This document shows, one piece after another, positions 21,103 to 30,062 of a stretch of 49,957 nt of DNA. Source of the stretch: an uncultured Syntrophobacterales bacterium (lineage in GTDB: Bacteria; Desulfobacterota; BSN033; WVXP01; G020346125); contig CBDUXJ010000001.1 in the NCBI GenBank assembly GCA_965371165.1, positions 1 to 49,957 of the forward strand, in the 5' to 3' direction. The notes under the pieces are model-generated. The model was not told the origin of the DNA. It saw only the letters and a list, made by a program, of their open reading frames with translations, and made no database searches. The position numbers and the translations under genes were made by a program. The first letter of the stretch is position 1. The number at the start of each line of letters is the position of its first letter.

Positions 21103-21840
21103 CTAAACCACCTTTTCTCCCACAATGATTAGGGTATTTCCACCCATAATAATTTCATCCATTAGGGTTTCATCCAACCGGTATAATTCCCTCCTCTTTC
21201 TCGAGGCGAAACACCCACACAGACGAATGATCCATACCATAGGCCGCGCCCAATTCATCTTGCGCTTTTTGCGATCCTTCTCCAACCGGAGAATACGAAA
21301 CCCATAATGTTCCATAATGAATTTCAATAAAGGGTATCCAAGTGAGTTCAGGTGAGCCATGGAGAGATCACCTTTCCAAAAATTCCTTACGGTATCGTGG
21401 GTAGGGATTTTGGAAAAAGTACCTGTCAGCAGGAAGCGGAGCCTCCGCTCGATATTCAAAAAATTGGGAATCGAGAGGAAAAGCTTTCCTCCCCTTCTTA
21501 AGATTCTTCCAAACTCACGGATGGTGTTGAAAGGGTTCTCAGTATGTTCGATACCATCCAGGCAGATGATGTAGTCGAAACACTCAGCCTTATAGGGAAG
21601 ACGTTTATTCATGTCGCCGAATTGAACCGTCAAATCCTGGGCTTCGAAGAAGGATGGTTGAATATCGCAGCAGGAGACATCAAACCCCATCTTCTGCAAA
21701 CGACCTGCAAGGACGCCGGAACCCGTGGGAACATCCAATAGCTTCCCCCTCTGTTCCGTCGAAAGCAGCTGTACGATCTTCTCGTGGACCTCTTTTCTCG
21801 TGAATGGGACAAGCCCGGGGGACTTCCACCCGTCTTCCAT
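21103..21840 (-). CDS. Class I SAM-dependent methyltransferase
   Basis: SAM motif I LLDVPTGSGVLAG, plus CLDGIEHTENP and ILRRGGKLFLSIPN. It is a paralogue of the ORF at 27617-28372. Confidence 0.8.
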   Translation of the reverse strand: MEDGWKSPGLVPFTRKEVHEKIVQLLSTEQRGKLLDVPTGSGVLAGRLQKMGFDVSCCDIQPSFFEAQDLTVQFGDMNKRLPYKAECFDYIICLDGIEHTENPFNTIREFGRILRRGGKLFLSIPNFLNIERRLRFLLTGTFSKIPTHDTVRNFWKGDLSMAHLNSLGYPLLKFIMEHYGFRILRLEKDRKKRKMNWARPMVWIIRLCGCFASRKRRELYRLDETLMDEIIMGGNTLIIVGEKVV

Positions 21841-22809
21841 TTACCCTTCTCCCAATCCCATTCCCTCAGGACAGAGTTTCAAGTACCAATGGATGAGCTT
21901 GGCATAGATTCCAAGCTTCCCCTTGAGCCTCTCACTTCTGAAAGCCGTAAGCAGACAGGAAAGGAGTGTGAGGACAAAATCGACGCAGAATCGGCCAAAG
22001 AGAAAGCTCCTGAGGAGCACGGACTTCATGATACCCCTGTGTTTCTTAAAGAAAAGGTAGAGGGATCGATAATACTCAATCTTGGCCCTATCCCTCACCA
22101 GGTTTGCCGTTTTCCCCTGGAGGTGGACGATCTTGGCTTGGGGTATATGGCACACCCACCATCTTCCTTGCCTCATACGATAACACCAGTCCGTCTCCTC
22201 CAGGAAAAAGAAGTTGTCCTCATCCAGTAATTCCACCTCCTGGCTGGACTGAGAGCGGACGATCATACATGCCCCAATGACCGAATGGACGTCGATGGGG
22301 TTGCCGTAGTTGCCCCGTTTGCTGGGATATCGCTTGGGGAAAAGTATCCTCAGGAGGCTCTTGTTTAACGCCTCCGTGGTGAGGGAGGGAAAGTTATCGA
22401 AGGAGTTTTGCTTGGACCCATCTCCATTGACGAGCTGTCCTCCGGCGATACCAACGGTCGGATTGCGGTCCATGAATTCCACCAGCGTTTCCACAGCCCC
22501 ATCAGTGAGAATGACATCGGTATTCAACAAAAGGGAGTATCTCGCCTGGCTCTTTCTGAGGGCTCCGTTATTCGCCCTGGCAAATCCCAGATTCCGCTGG
22601 TTTGGAATGAGCTCAATTTCGGGGAATGCCCTCCTCACTGAATCCGCGCTTCCATCAGTGGGCCCATTATCCACGACGAAGATCTCGACCGTGAGGTCTT
22701 TTACCGTTCGATAAAAGGACTCGATACAATTCAGGAGTAACTCCTTGGTGCTCCAATTGACGATGATAAAGGAAAGGTCAGGGCGAAATTGCGCGTTCAT
22801 CTCCCTCAT
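21841..22809 (-). CDS. Glycosyltransferase family 2 (copy A)
   Basis: LSFIIVNW ... VVDNGPTDGS ... NLGFARANN ... LLLNTDV ... EETDWCYR (the DxD/ED motifs of GT2). Clear paralogue of the ORF at 24189-25193. Confidence 0.85.
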   Translation of the reverse strand: MREMNAQFRPDLSFIIVNWSTKELLLNCIESFYRTVKDLTVEIFVVDNGPTDGSADSVRRAFPEIELIPNQRNLGFARANNGALRKSQARYSLLLNTDVILTDGAVETLVEFMDRNPTVGIAGGQLVNGDGSKQNSFDNFPSLTTEALNKSLLRILFPKRYPSKRGNYGNPIDVHSVIGACMIVRSQSSQEVELLDEDNFFFLEETDWCYRMRQGRWWVCHIPQAKIVHLQGKTANLVRDRAKIEYYRSLYLFFKKHRGIMKSVLLRSFLFGRFCVDFVLTLLSCLLTAFRSERLKGKLGIYAKLIHWYLKLCPEGMGLGEG

Positions 22810-22829
22810 ATCTCTTGCGTTACGTCACC

Positions 22830-23162
22830 TTAAGCGGAAACATAGAACACACCCCGCTTCCGACTCTCCTCATAAATGGCGTTGACCAAATCCCTCTTCT
22901 GCCCCGGAATGGGGTGTATCTCGAGATACCATTTGAGAAACCGTATTCTGTCCCCGTACCCTAAAAATCCCGGTATGGAACTGTTGATTTGAACCAGATT
23001 TTTTAAAGCCCATCGGACATTGACCTCCGTCCCGAGGCGGACAGCATCTAAATCAATGAAACTAAAATCCCAACCCCCCGTCCATTCCCGGATGAGGATG
23101 TTGCATGTCTTCAGGTCACCGTGGTATATATCCGCCCGGTGAAGGCGACCAATGCATCGGGC
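22830..23162 (-). pseudogene. C-terminal remnant of a Kdo/WaaP-family LPS kinase (no start codon, N-lobe missing)
   Basis: My own translation of the minus strand gives a 110-codon open frame: ARCIGRLHRADIYHGDLKTCNILIREWTGGWDFSFIDLDAVRLG...DRIRFLKWYLEIHP...YEESRKRGVFYVSA-stop. It aligns with residues ~442-550 of the 560-aa kinase at 25186-26868. It is bounded upstream by an in-frame TGA (23163-23165). There is no ATG/GTG/TTG until near its 3' end. Confidence 0.75.
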
Positions 23163-23175
23163 TCAGATCTGAGAT

Positions 23176-24177
23176 TCATTTCACAGATCTTCCAGAGGCC
23201 ATTTTACCTAACCTGTATTCCACCGTGTCTCCGAGACGAAACAGATCTGTGGCCCCTCGCCAGATCTTTCCAATCAGGCGAACTGCTTTGCTCGACATGA
23301 AGGGTCTGTTCCCTTTGAAGCCCCTTCGGTCATCGTACCAGTACTGGAGGCTCGCCCGGAGACCCAGAGTACTTGAGCGAAACCTCAGGGACAAAACCTC
23401 AAATCCCACCTTTTTGGCCAGGTGCTTTATGACACTCGGCGCATAGGCATAGAGGTGACGGGGAACTTCCAGAGCATACCAGTAGCGTCCGAAAAGCCAG
23501 AAGTTCAAACCCGAAATGTTGGGAACCACGATGTACAGAATACCCCGATCCCTTAGGATCCTATGGACCTCTTGAAGAGTCTCCACGGGATGGTGAACGT
23601 GCTCCAGCACGGCTCTGAGGGTTATAACATCGAAAAATCGGTCCGGAAATGAGGCATCGCGAACCCTTCCGTGAAACATCTTGACTCCCAGGCCTCGGGC
23701 TCTTTCTACGGCCTCGGAGCTGATATCAACCCCATAAGGGTCCCATCCGAGAGCTTTCATGGAGGCAAGAAAGGAGCCGCTCCCTGCCCCGATATCCAGG
23801 ATTTTTCCCTCCCCCAGGAAGGGAATAGTATTCTTGGCAGCAGCCCATTTCACTGGCAAAAGAAGTATTTTTAGGAGAATTCCCTTTCCTTGATTGTCGT
23901 AAGGATAGTTATAGAATAGCGAGTATATGCGCCGCCTCAGGGGGCTCAACCTGTGGCTATGGGTTGGACCACTGGTTTCAGCATGGGGACCATATGCGGC
24001 CGGGTAAAACCGCTTGATCTCCTCTGCGTCCGGCCTGGGATTGATAAAAATGAGTCCACAATTGATGCATTTCACCAACTGGAATTCACCCCCAATTCCG
24101 TGGGCTCTATCCCGGCCTTTTATAAAGGGGGGAAATTCCACCCCTCCGCAGAGCTCACAACGTTCGACGGTCTCCAC
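23176..24177 (-). CDS. SAM-dependent methyltransferase with N-terminal Cys4 zinc ribbon
   Basis: CELCGG...(x)...CINCGLIF, followed by the SAM motif ILDIGAGSGSF and LRAVLEHVHHP. 333 aa. Confidence 0.8.
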   Translation of the reverse strand: METVERCELCGGVEFPPFIKGRDRAHGIGGEFQLVKCINCGLIFINPRPDAEEIKRFYPAAYGPHAETSGPTHSHRLSPLRRRIYSLFYNYPYDNQGKGILLKILLLPVKWAAAKNTIPFLGEGKILDIGAGSGSFLASMKALGWDPYGVDISSEAVERARGLGVKMFHGRVRDASFPDRFFDVITLRAVLEHVHHPVETLQEVHRILRDRGILYIVVPNISGLNFWLFGRYWYALEVPRHLYAYAPSVIKHLAKKVGFEVLSLRFRSSTLGLRASLQYWYDDRRGFKGNRPFMSSKAVRLIGKIWRGATDLFRLGDTVEYRLGKMASGRSVK

Positions 24178-24188
24178 CTTTCCCCCTC

Positions 24189-25193
24189 TTACTGCTTCAA
24201 CCCTGCTCCTTCCGGGCAGAACCGCAAATGCCAGGCAAAAAGCTTCCAGGTATTCGCCAGCTTATGACGGGCCTTCCTATCCTGAAAAAAGGTAAACAGG
24301 CAAAGTAGACTGTGCATAGGGAGACTCATACTCAACTTCAAAAGAAGCATGCCTCTTAGGACTCCAGCCTGGAAACTCCCCCGGTGTTTTTTAAAAAAGG
24401 AATATCTAGACCGGTAATATTCCAGTTTGGCCTGAACCTTGACCCTGTCGGCTGTCCCTCCCTGTAGATGGACAGCCTGAGCCTGGGGAACCAGATAAAC
24501 CCTCCACCCTCTCTCCCTCACCCGATAGCACCAATCGGTCTCTTCCATAAATAAGAAATAATCCTCATCCATGAGTCCCACTTCATCGACCGCATCCTTC
24601 CGCACCATCATGCAGGCACCAATAACGGATTCCACCGCTGTCGGCGAAGAGAAGGAAAGTCGCTTGCTTGGAAATCGATTGGGGAAAAGCATTCTCAGAA
24701 GGCTCTTGTTGAGTCCCTCGGACAATAAGGTTGGAAAGTTGTCAAAGGAGTTCTGTTTTGTACCATCTGGATTGAGGAGCTGAGCCCCCACAATTCCCGC
24801 CTGCGGGGCCTTTTCCATGAATTCAAGCAAAGCAGCCACCGCATCCCCTTGGAGAATCACGTCCGTGTTAAGGAGCAGAAAGTATTTCCCTCTTGCACGG
24901 CGCAGAGCCTCGTTGTTGGCCCTGGCAAATCCAATGTTTTTCCTGTTCTCAACCAGAATGACCCGGGGGAACGCAGCCCGTATGGCTTCTACGCTGCCAT
25001 CACTCGATCCATTGTCCACGACAAATACCTCCATGGAGAGATCCCCTATCGCTCTATAAAGGGATTGCAGCGACTCCAAAACCAGTTCCCGAGTATTCCA
25101 GTTCACAATGATGACCGAAAGATCCATTCCTGCAGTCAATTCCCTAAAGGTCTTTTTGACCGAATAGCCAGAAGGACGAGCCTGACTATTCAA
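24189..25193 (-). CDS. Glycosyltransferase family 2 (copy B)
   Basis: LSVIIVNWNT ... VVDNGSSDGS ... NIGFARANN ... LLLNTDV ... EETDWCYR. Paralogue of 21841-22809. The track start overlaps the kinase stop by 8 nt; an alternative start is at MDLSV (25127). Confidence 0.85.
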   Translation of the reverse strand: MNSQARPSGYSVKKTFRELTAGMDLSVIIVNWNTRELVLESLQSLYRAIGDLSMEVFVVDNGSSDGSVEAIRAAFPRVILVENRKNIGFARANNEALRRARGKYFLLLNTDVILQGDAVAALLEFMEKAPQAGIVGAQLLNPDGTKQNSFDNFPTLLSEGLNKSLLRMLFPNRFPSKRLSFSSPTAVESVIGACMMVRKDAVDEVGLMDEDYFLFMEETDWCYRVRERGWRVYLVPQAQAVHLQGGTADRVKVQAKLEYYRSRYSFFKKHRGSFQAGVLRGMLLLKLSMSLPMHSLLCLFTFFQDRKARHKLANTWKLFAWHLRFCPEGAGLKQ

Positions 25194-26868
25194 ATTTTTC
25201 CATGACTACACCCTGGGGAGAAACATAGACTATTCCCCGTCTGCGGCTCTCCTCCAATACTCTCCTAATAAATGCCCTTTCATCCATGGCAACTGGATTT
25301 GCCCTGAGATATCCCTTCAGAAATCTTATGCGGTCGCTATAGGTGAAGAACCTGGGGACTGAACAGTTGATCTGGACCAGGTTCCTGAGAATCTTTTCGA
25401 TCCCTATTTTGTCCCCTTGAATCACATCCTCAAGGTCAATCAGGCTGAAGCTCCACCCGCCGGGTTTCTCTCTGATAAGAATGTTGCAAGTCTTGAGATC
25501 ACGGTGGTAGATTCCTGTCCGATGGAGGAAGCCGATCCATCCGGCGAAATGTCTGATAAACTTCCTCAGGTCCTGCCCGGCGTGCTTTTCAAACATTCGG
25601 ATCAGATAACGGTCCATTTCCATATCATCAGCCAGCGATTCGGTGACATAATAGGCCTCCTGCAGGAGCCTTAACCTCCGTCTCTCAGCATAGGCCAGAG
25701 GTTTCATAGGGCAGATTCCTCGGCTGAAAAGGACATTTCCTGCCACCCAGGAGATTTTTCCCTTTGGCTGCCGAAATACATTCTTCAATCGATCCAAAAT
25801 TGTCTCATATCGATACTCCTTTACACAGACCCTTAGACCATTAGCCCTAAAATTGCTGACTATGGAAACAATGGTCTTTGGGGAATACTTCAACAGCTTT
25901 TCCCGCTGGGAGTGAACCATTTCCCTGTGGGCTTCCAAAATCGCTATGAGATCATTTTCTCCCATCTCCCTGCGCCGAAAGATTTTCAGCCCGGCCCGCC
26001 TATCGATGGTAAAGAGGGTGCTCTCTTTAAGACATCTTTTAGCCCTGCTTTTTTGCCGGCGTTTAACCATTTTTTGGATCATCCCCTCCACCCTCTTAAG
26101 GCAATTGTCCAGGTCTCTGCCAAAGGGGGCTTGCCCCCGGCCGTAAGCGAGCAAAAAAAGCTTTTGGGCCTCATGGTCCAGCATGAAGTCCAGGGAATTG
26201 AAGATCTGCGCTATATTCCACAAGCGCTTTGCCTTGGAGACCGTAATCTGTCTTCGTGCTTGATGAAGATCCACAAGATGAAGGGATAGAGAACCCTCAT
26301 CGGTAACGAGAAAGTTCCCTCCATGGAGGTCCCTGTGAAAAAGGCCGCTGTCATGGAGCTTCCGAGTTATTTTGGCCAGAAGCCTGAGAATCTGATTTTT
26401 TCCCTTTATCTGCTCCGGTCCGCGGAACCGATTTTTGCAGAAATCGATGAGGTCTGTGGCTTCCTCAATGGCCTCGGCAACGAAAAAGCACTCCTTGAGC
26501 ACTCCATGCTTTCTTTTTTCAAGTATGCCCAAGGCCCTCGGCGTCAGGATCCCTTTTTGCGACAGGAATCGGGAAATAAGAGATTCCTTCATGGCCCGCG
26601 AAGGACGGATCAGATATTTGAATCGCTGCCATCTACCAACGGTCCGAAACTGTTTGATAAAGAGTGTCCTTCCTCCCTCGATAGGGAGTGTTGCAGCCCA
26701 TCGAACTCTGGAATCCTTGACAACACTTCCTCCATAGACTGTCATCTGACGATCCAAATCCTCGAAAAACCCGGCCGTCAGAACCCGCCTCAATTCAGGA
26801 ACGATGAAGCCATCGATATTCCCTTCTCTGATTCGAATCCGCCGGGGTTCTTTGTTGTCCATCCTCAC
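25186..26868 (-). CDS. Tandem two-domain lipopolysaccharide kinase (Kdo/WaaP family x2)
   Basis: The 560-aa ORF contains two complete kinase units. Unit 1 has FIKQF ... LHDSGLFHRDLHGGNFLV ... LHLVDLH. Unit 2 has VCVKEY ... LHRTGIYHRDLKTCNILI ... FSLIDLED. The GTG start overlaps the upstream methyltransferase stop (GTGA). Confidence 0.8.
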   Translation of the reverse strand: MRMDNKEPRRIRIREGNIDGFIVPELRRVLTAGFFEDLDRQMTVYGGSVVKDSRVRWAATLPIEGGRTLFIKQFRTVGRWQRFKYLIRPSRAMKESLISRFLSQKGILTPRALGILEKRKHGVLKECFFVAEAIEEATDLIDFCKNRFRGPEQIKGKNQILRLLAKITRKLHDSGLFHRDLHGGNFLVTDEGSLSLHLVDLHQARRQITVSKAKRLWNIAQIFNSLDFMLDHEAQKLFLLAYGRGQAPFGRDLDNCLKRVEGMIQKMVKRRQKSRAKRCLKESTLFTIDRRAGLKIFRRREMGENDLIAILEAHREMVHSQREKLLKYSPKTIVSIVSNFRANGLRVCVKEYRYETILDRLKNVFRQPKGKISWVAGNVLFSRGICPMKPLAYAERRRLRLLQEAYYVTESLADDMEMDRYLIRMFEKHAGQDLRKFIRHFAGWIGFLHRTGIYHRDLKTCNILIREKPGGWSFSLIDLEDVIQGDKIGIEKILRNLVQINCSVPRFFTYSDRIRFLKGYLRANPVAMDERAFIRRVLEESRRRGIVYVSPQGVVMEKFE

Positions 26869-27620
26869 ACATCAACGACTGCAAAGATCGTCCGTCTTTC
26901 CTTGAAATGGATCACTTCGACCTTGTTCGAAAATGCTGACAAGAGTTTCTTCAGCTTTCCAGGGGTAAACCTCCTTAGATGCGTTCTGTCCCTATAGGCC
27001 TTCTTATAAGGAACCTCCAAGAGGATTTTCGCCCCAGGATTCAAAAATCGAATCGTATGGTCTAAGGTCCGGTGAGGATCCATCACGTGTTCGAGCGTAT
27101 GGTAGATCATGGCCGTATTGAAACGGTCCGTCAAGTCTATCTCTTCGATGTTCCCGTTCACGAACCTTACCTTCTCGGATAATTCAGGATACTTTTTGAG
27201 GTGTCGGTTGGCTATCTCGATAGCGTACGGAGATATGTCCAGTCCACAGACAGTATATCCTCTTATCCCGAAAATTATGTCTATTTCGCCAGACCCGCAA
27301 CCAACATCTAGAATATCATTTCTGAGCAGTCCCCTTTCTAGGGGCAAGCGGACCGCATGGCTCTTTTCCCAAAACTCGAGGGTAAAGGCCTCAGGAAGAA
27401 CTCTTTGTCTATACTGAAACGTCATGTCATAAACTCTGGCGAATTCATCCAGAGACATGCCCTTAGAGACATACGGTCTTGGATCATTGTCAATCTTCTT
27501 CTTTCTCCTGAACAAACGCACGATAAGATTCTCTGTCTTTGTCAAGCTCACACTACGTATACCCATCGTTCCGGCGCTGACACCATTTCCCGACTCCTCT
27601 TCCCTGGGTTCAGAGATCAC
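26865..27620 (-). CDS. Class I SAM-dependent methyltransferase
   Basis: SAM motif I ILDVGCGSGEI, then GLDISPYAIEIA and MIYHTLEHVMDP. It overlaps both neighbouring genes by 4 nt. Confidence 0.8.
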   Translation of the reverse strand: MISEPREEESGNGVSAGTMGIRSVSLTKTENLIVRLFRRKKKIDNDPRPYVSKGMSLDEFARVYDMTFQYRQRVLPEAFTLEFWEKSHAVRLPLERGLLRNDILDVGCGSGEIDIIFGIRGYTVCGLDISPYAIEIANRHLKKYPELSEKVRFVNGNIEEIDLTDRFNTAMIYHTLEHVMDPHRTLDHTIRFLNPGAKILLEVPYKKAYRDRTHLRRFTPGKLKKLLSAFSNKVEVIHFKERRTIFAVVDV

Positions 27621-28372
27621 TGTGAGATAGAATCGCAGCTATCTTTGATCGCTGAGACGATTAAGATATCTCCTTCGAGCAACTCCCTTTTCAGCAGGAA
27701 TCCCGCCTCGCGGTTCTTCCATCGGGTCATTAACCGGATGAGAGGCATCAGGAAAGGCGTCAGCCATGGGTACTTTTTTGTGAACCGATTGCAGGACACG
27801 GTCTCGATGCGAAACCCATACCGATTGAGTATGTACCTGAGCTCGCCGAAGGGAATGGGGTTGACGTGAAGCCCAAGGAGTTCCCGCTGATTGGAGGGCT
27901 GAGGGAAATACCTGAAGTTATTGAAATAGCTCCTCAGAAGAAAATAGAGTCTCGACTTGATATTCATAATATTAGGAGTGGTGATCACCACTGAGCCACC
28001 TGGCTTCAGGACACGGCCAATTTCACGAATCAGGAGGTGGGGATTCTCCAGGTGTTCAATACCCTCCACACAGGTGACGCAATCAAAGTTCTGGTCTTTG
28101 TACGGAAGATTGCCATTGAGATCCACTTGGTGAAAATGTCCCCCCTCGATTCGGTACCATTCAGGATCCAAGTCCCCACAAAAAATCTCAAACCCCTGTG
28201 CTCTCAGACGATCAGCCAAGGCCCCTTGTCCACAGGGAATATCTAGAACTCTTCCCTTGGGTAGCTTAGCCGTAATCTCCAGAACCCTTTCGTGAAGAAA
28301 CCGACCCGTCATGGCAACGGTCTTGTCTACCTGGCCTTTCTCCCACATTCCATTTCGTTTTCTCTTGCTCAC
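27617..28372 (-). CDS. Class I SAM-dependent methyltransferase (paralogue of 21103-21840)
   Basis: VLDIPCGQGALADRL, CVEGIEHLENP and VLKPGGSVVITTPN. It has the same C-terminal extension architecture as 21103-21840. Confidence 0.8.
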   Translation of the reverse strand: MSKRKRNGMWEKGQVDKTVAMTGRFLHERVLEITAKLPKGRVLDIPCGQGALADRLRAQGFEIFCGDLDPEWYRIEGGHFHQVDLNGNLPYKDQNFDCVTCVEGIEHLENPHLLIREIGRVLKPGGSVVITTPNIMNIKSRLYFLLRSYFNNFRYFPQPSNQRELLGLHVNPIPFGELRYILNRYGFRIETVSCNRFTKKYPWLTPFLMPLIRLMTRWKNREAGFLLKRELLEGDILIVSAIKDSCDSISQ

Positions 28373-28389
28373 GGTACCTCAGGGTTCCT

Positions 28390-28968
28390 CTAGGTATCGC
28401 CGCAGTCCACCCATTGCCCGAGCTTATGGTCAAACCATCGGACTACCCTGGCAGGGCTCCCAACCACGACAGAGTATGGTGGAACGTCTGCGTTCACCAC
28501 GGAGTTGGCCCCTACGACCGAGTGCCTTCCAACTTTGACTCCACGGAAGATACAGCTATTGAACCCTATCCACACCTCTTCCTCAATCACCACAAAAGAC
28601 TTCTCAGTCATGCCCGCCTTTCTTATGGGCACTGTGACATCCTCGTATCGATGGTGGGCATCGGCAATGACCACGTTTGGCCCCAACAATACGTCGTCTC
28701 TCAATTCCACCCGATAGTGAGCAGAAATGACGGATCGTATCCCCACGAACACCCCCTTACCCAGGACCAGCAGGGGGCCTTTGTGTCCCTTTTCCAGGGG
28801 GTGGAGGTAGATTGATGCATAGGCACCTATACGACAGCCATCTCCGACTGCCATGTACTCGGGTCGTGAAATGACCGCCTTCGGATGGATGAAGACATCA
28901 CGTCCATAATCTGCGAATCTAAACCGGTTTCTCAGGTTGGTTAGTCCCCTAAAAACAGACTTTTTCAA
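28390..28968 (-). CDS. Left-handed beta-helix (hexapeptide repeat) acyl/acetyltransferase
   Basis: Hexapeptide-like repeats (VGDGCRIGAYASI, LGKGVFVGIRSVI, LGPNVVIADAHH, EVWIGFNSCIFRGVKVGRHSVVGANSVV). TTG start. Confidence 0.75.
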   Translation of the reverse strand: MKKSVFRGLTNLRNRFRFADYGRDVFIHPKAVISRPEYMAVGDGCRIGAYASIYLHPLEKGHKGPLLVLGKGVFVGIRSVISAHYRVELRDDVLLGPNVVIADAHHRYEDVTVPIRKAGMTEKSFVVIEEEVWIGFNSCIFRGVKVGRHSVVGANSVVNADVPPYSVVVGSPARVVRWFDHKLGQWVDCGDT

Positions 28969-29078
28969 AGTTTACTACCTGGCATTATCCCTTCATTTTT
29001 TGCCGGCTCCATCGTCCTAAAATGTGAATGAATTGTCCCATCATAGGAACTTTGGAATCCGGGCATTGAACCTGTTTC

Positions 29079-30062
29079 TTAAAGTCCCTTGAAGAGCTCA
29101 ATCAACCTCTCTCCAACAACCTGCAAACTGTATCTCTCTTCCACAATCTTCCGACCGGCCAAGCCCATCTGCTTCCTCAATTCAGGGTCTTCAATCAAAA
29201 GACCCAGCCTGTCTACCCACTCCCTTTTTGTTGTTGTCCAGAAGCCATTCAGGCCATCCCTCACAATATCCCGATTCATCCCTACGGGGGAACAAACCAC
29301 GGGAACCCCCACTGCCAAATATTGGACGATCTTTAAGGCACACTTCCCTCGAGCCCAGAGATCGTCCGCCAGCGGCATGATGCCGATGTCAAAGCTCTGG
29401 AGGTCTCTGACCTCCTGAGCTTCCTCCCAGGGTTTCTTGACAATTCTGATGAACGGGCTCTCCATAAATCGGTCGCAGACAATTTTGAGGCAGACATGGG
29501 GAAAACGCCTCGCCACCTCTTCCAGGGCAGGCAAGATTTTTTCTACATAGTGGATCGTTCCCGCGCTTCCAATCCAGCCGATGGTCAACTCTTCCGTTGG
29601 TCCACCCTGGCCTCTCATGGGATAATAGGCCAGGTCTACCACGGTTGGGATCACGGAAACCCGATCCTCTGAGGTAAACTTCAAGGCCTGTTCCTTTAAG
29701 AAACTGTTTCCAGCTAAAATCAGGTCACAGGATTCCACAATCCGCCCGAATTTCGCCATCCTTGTGCTGGATCCGGGTTGAGCCCACCGTGAAGAGCGGT
29801 ACATGATCGCATCATCAAAGTCAAAAACGAGTTTTCGAGATCGCTTCCTAAGAAAGTCTACCTCCCATGGCTGAATGAGCTTTCGCTCCAATAAAACGAT
29901 GTCATACTTCCGGGCCCGAGCAAGTCTCGACCACCGGGCCACAATCCCCCTTGACAATCGAACCAGGTCAGTCTCTATCCCTCTTTCCGCAAAAAAGGGG
30001 ATAAACTGGGGGATTCGGTATCGAGGGGCAAAAGACTTATGTATCAAAACATAGAGGTCCAT
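29079..30062 (-). CDS. Glycosyltransferase, GT-B fold (GT4/GT1-like)
   Basis: The C-terminal half has the GT-B donor-binding pattern (IGWIGSAGT ... IGIMPL ... KIVQYLAVGVPVV). I start at the ATG at 30060-30062 (MDLYVL), which overlaps the upstream TAA by 1 nt. The track start is 30086. Confidence 0.7.
   Translation of the reverse strand: MDLYVLIHKSFAPRYRIPQFIPFFAERGIETDLVRLSRGIVARWSRLARARKYDIVLLERKLIQPWEVDFLRKRSRKLVFDFDDAIMYRSSRWAQPGSSTRMAKFGRIVESCDLILAGNSFLKEQALKFTSEDRVSVIPTVVDLAYYPMRGQGGPTEELTIGWIGSAGTIHYVEKILPALEEVARRFPHVCLKIVCDRFMESPFIRIVKKPWEEAQEVRDLQSFDIGIMPLADDLWARGKCALKIVQYLAVGVPVVCSPVGMNRDIVRDGLNGFWTTTKREWVDRLGLLIEDPELRKQMGLAGRKIVEERYSLQVVGERLIELFKGL

Noticed and set aside
23163-23178. 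Whether the zinc-ribbon methyltransferase and the kinase remnant form one WbdD-like methyltransferase-kinase fusion through recoding.
   Set aside because: The two frames differ. The methyltransferase TGA (23176-23178) is followed by a second TGA in the remnant frame (23163-23165), so read-through plus a frameshift would both be needed. The methyltransferase ORF also contains no kinase N-lobe.
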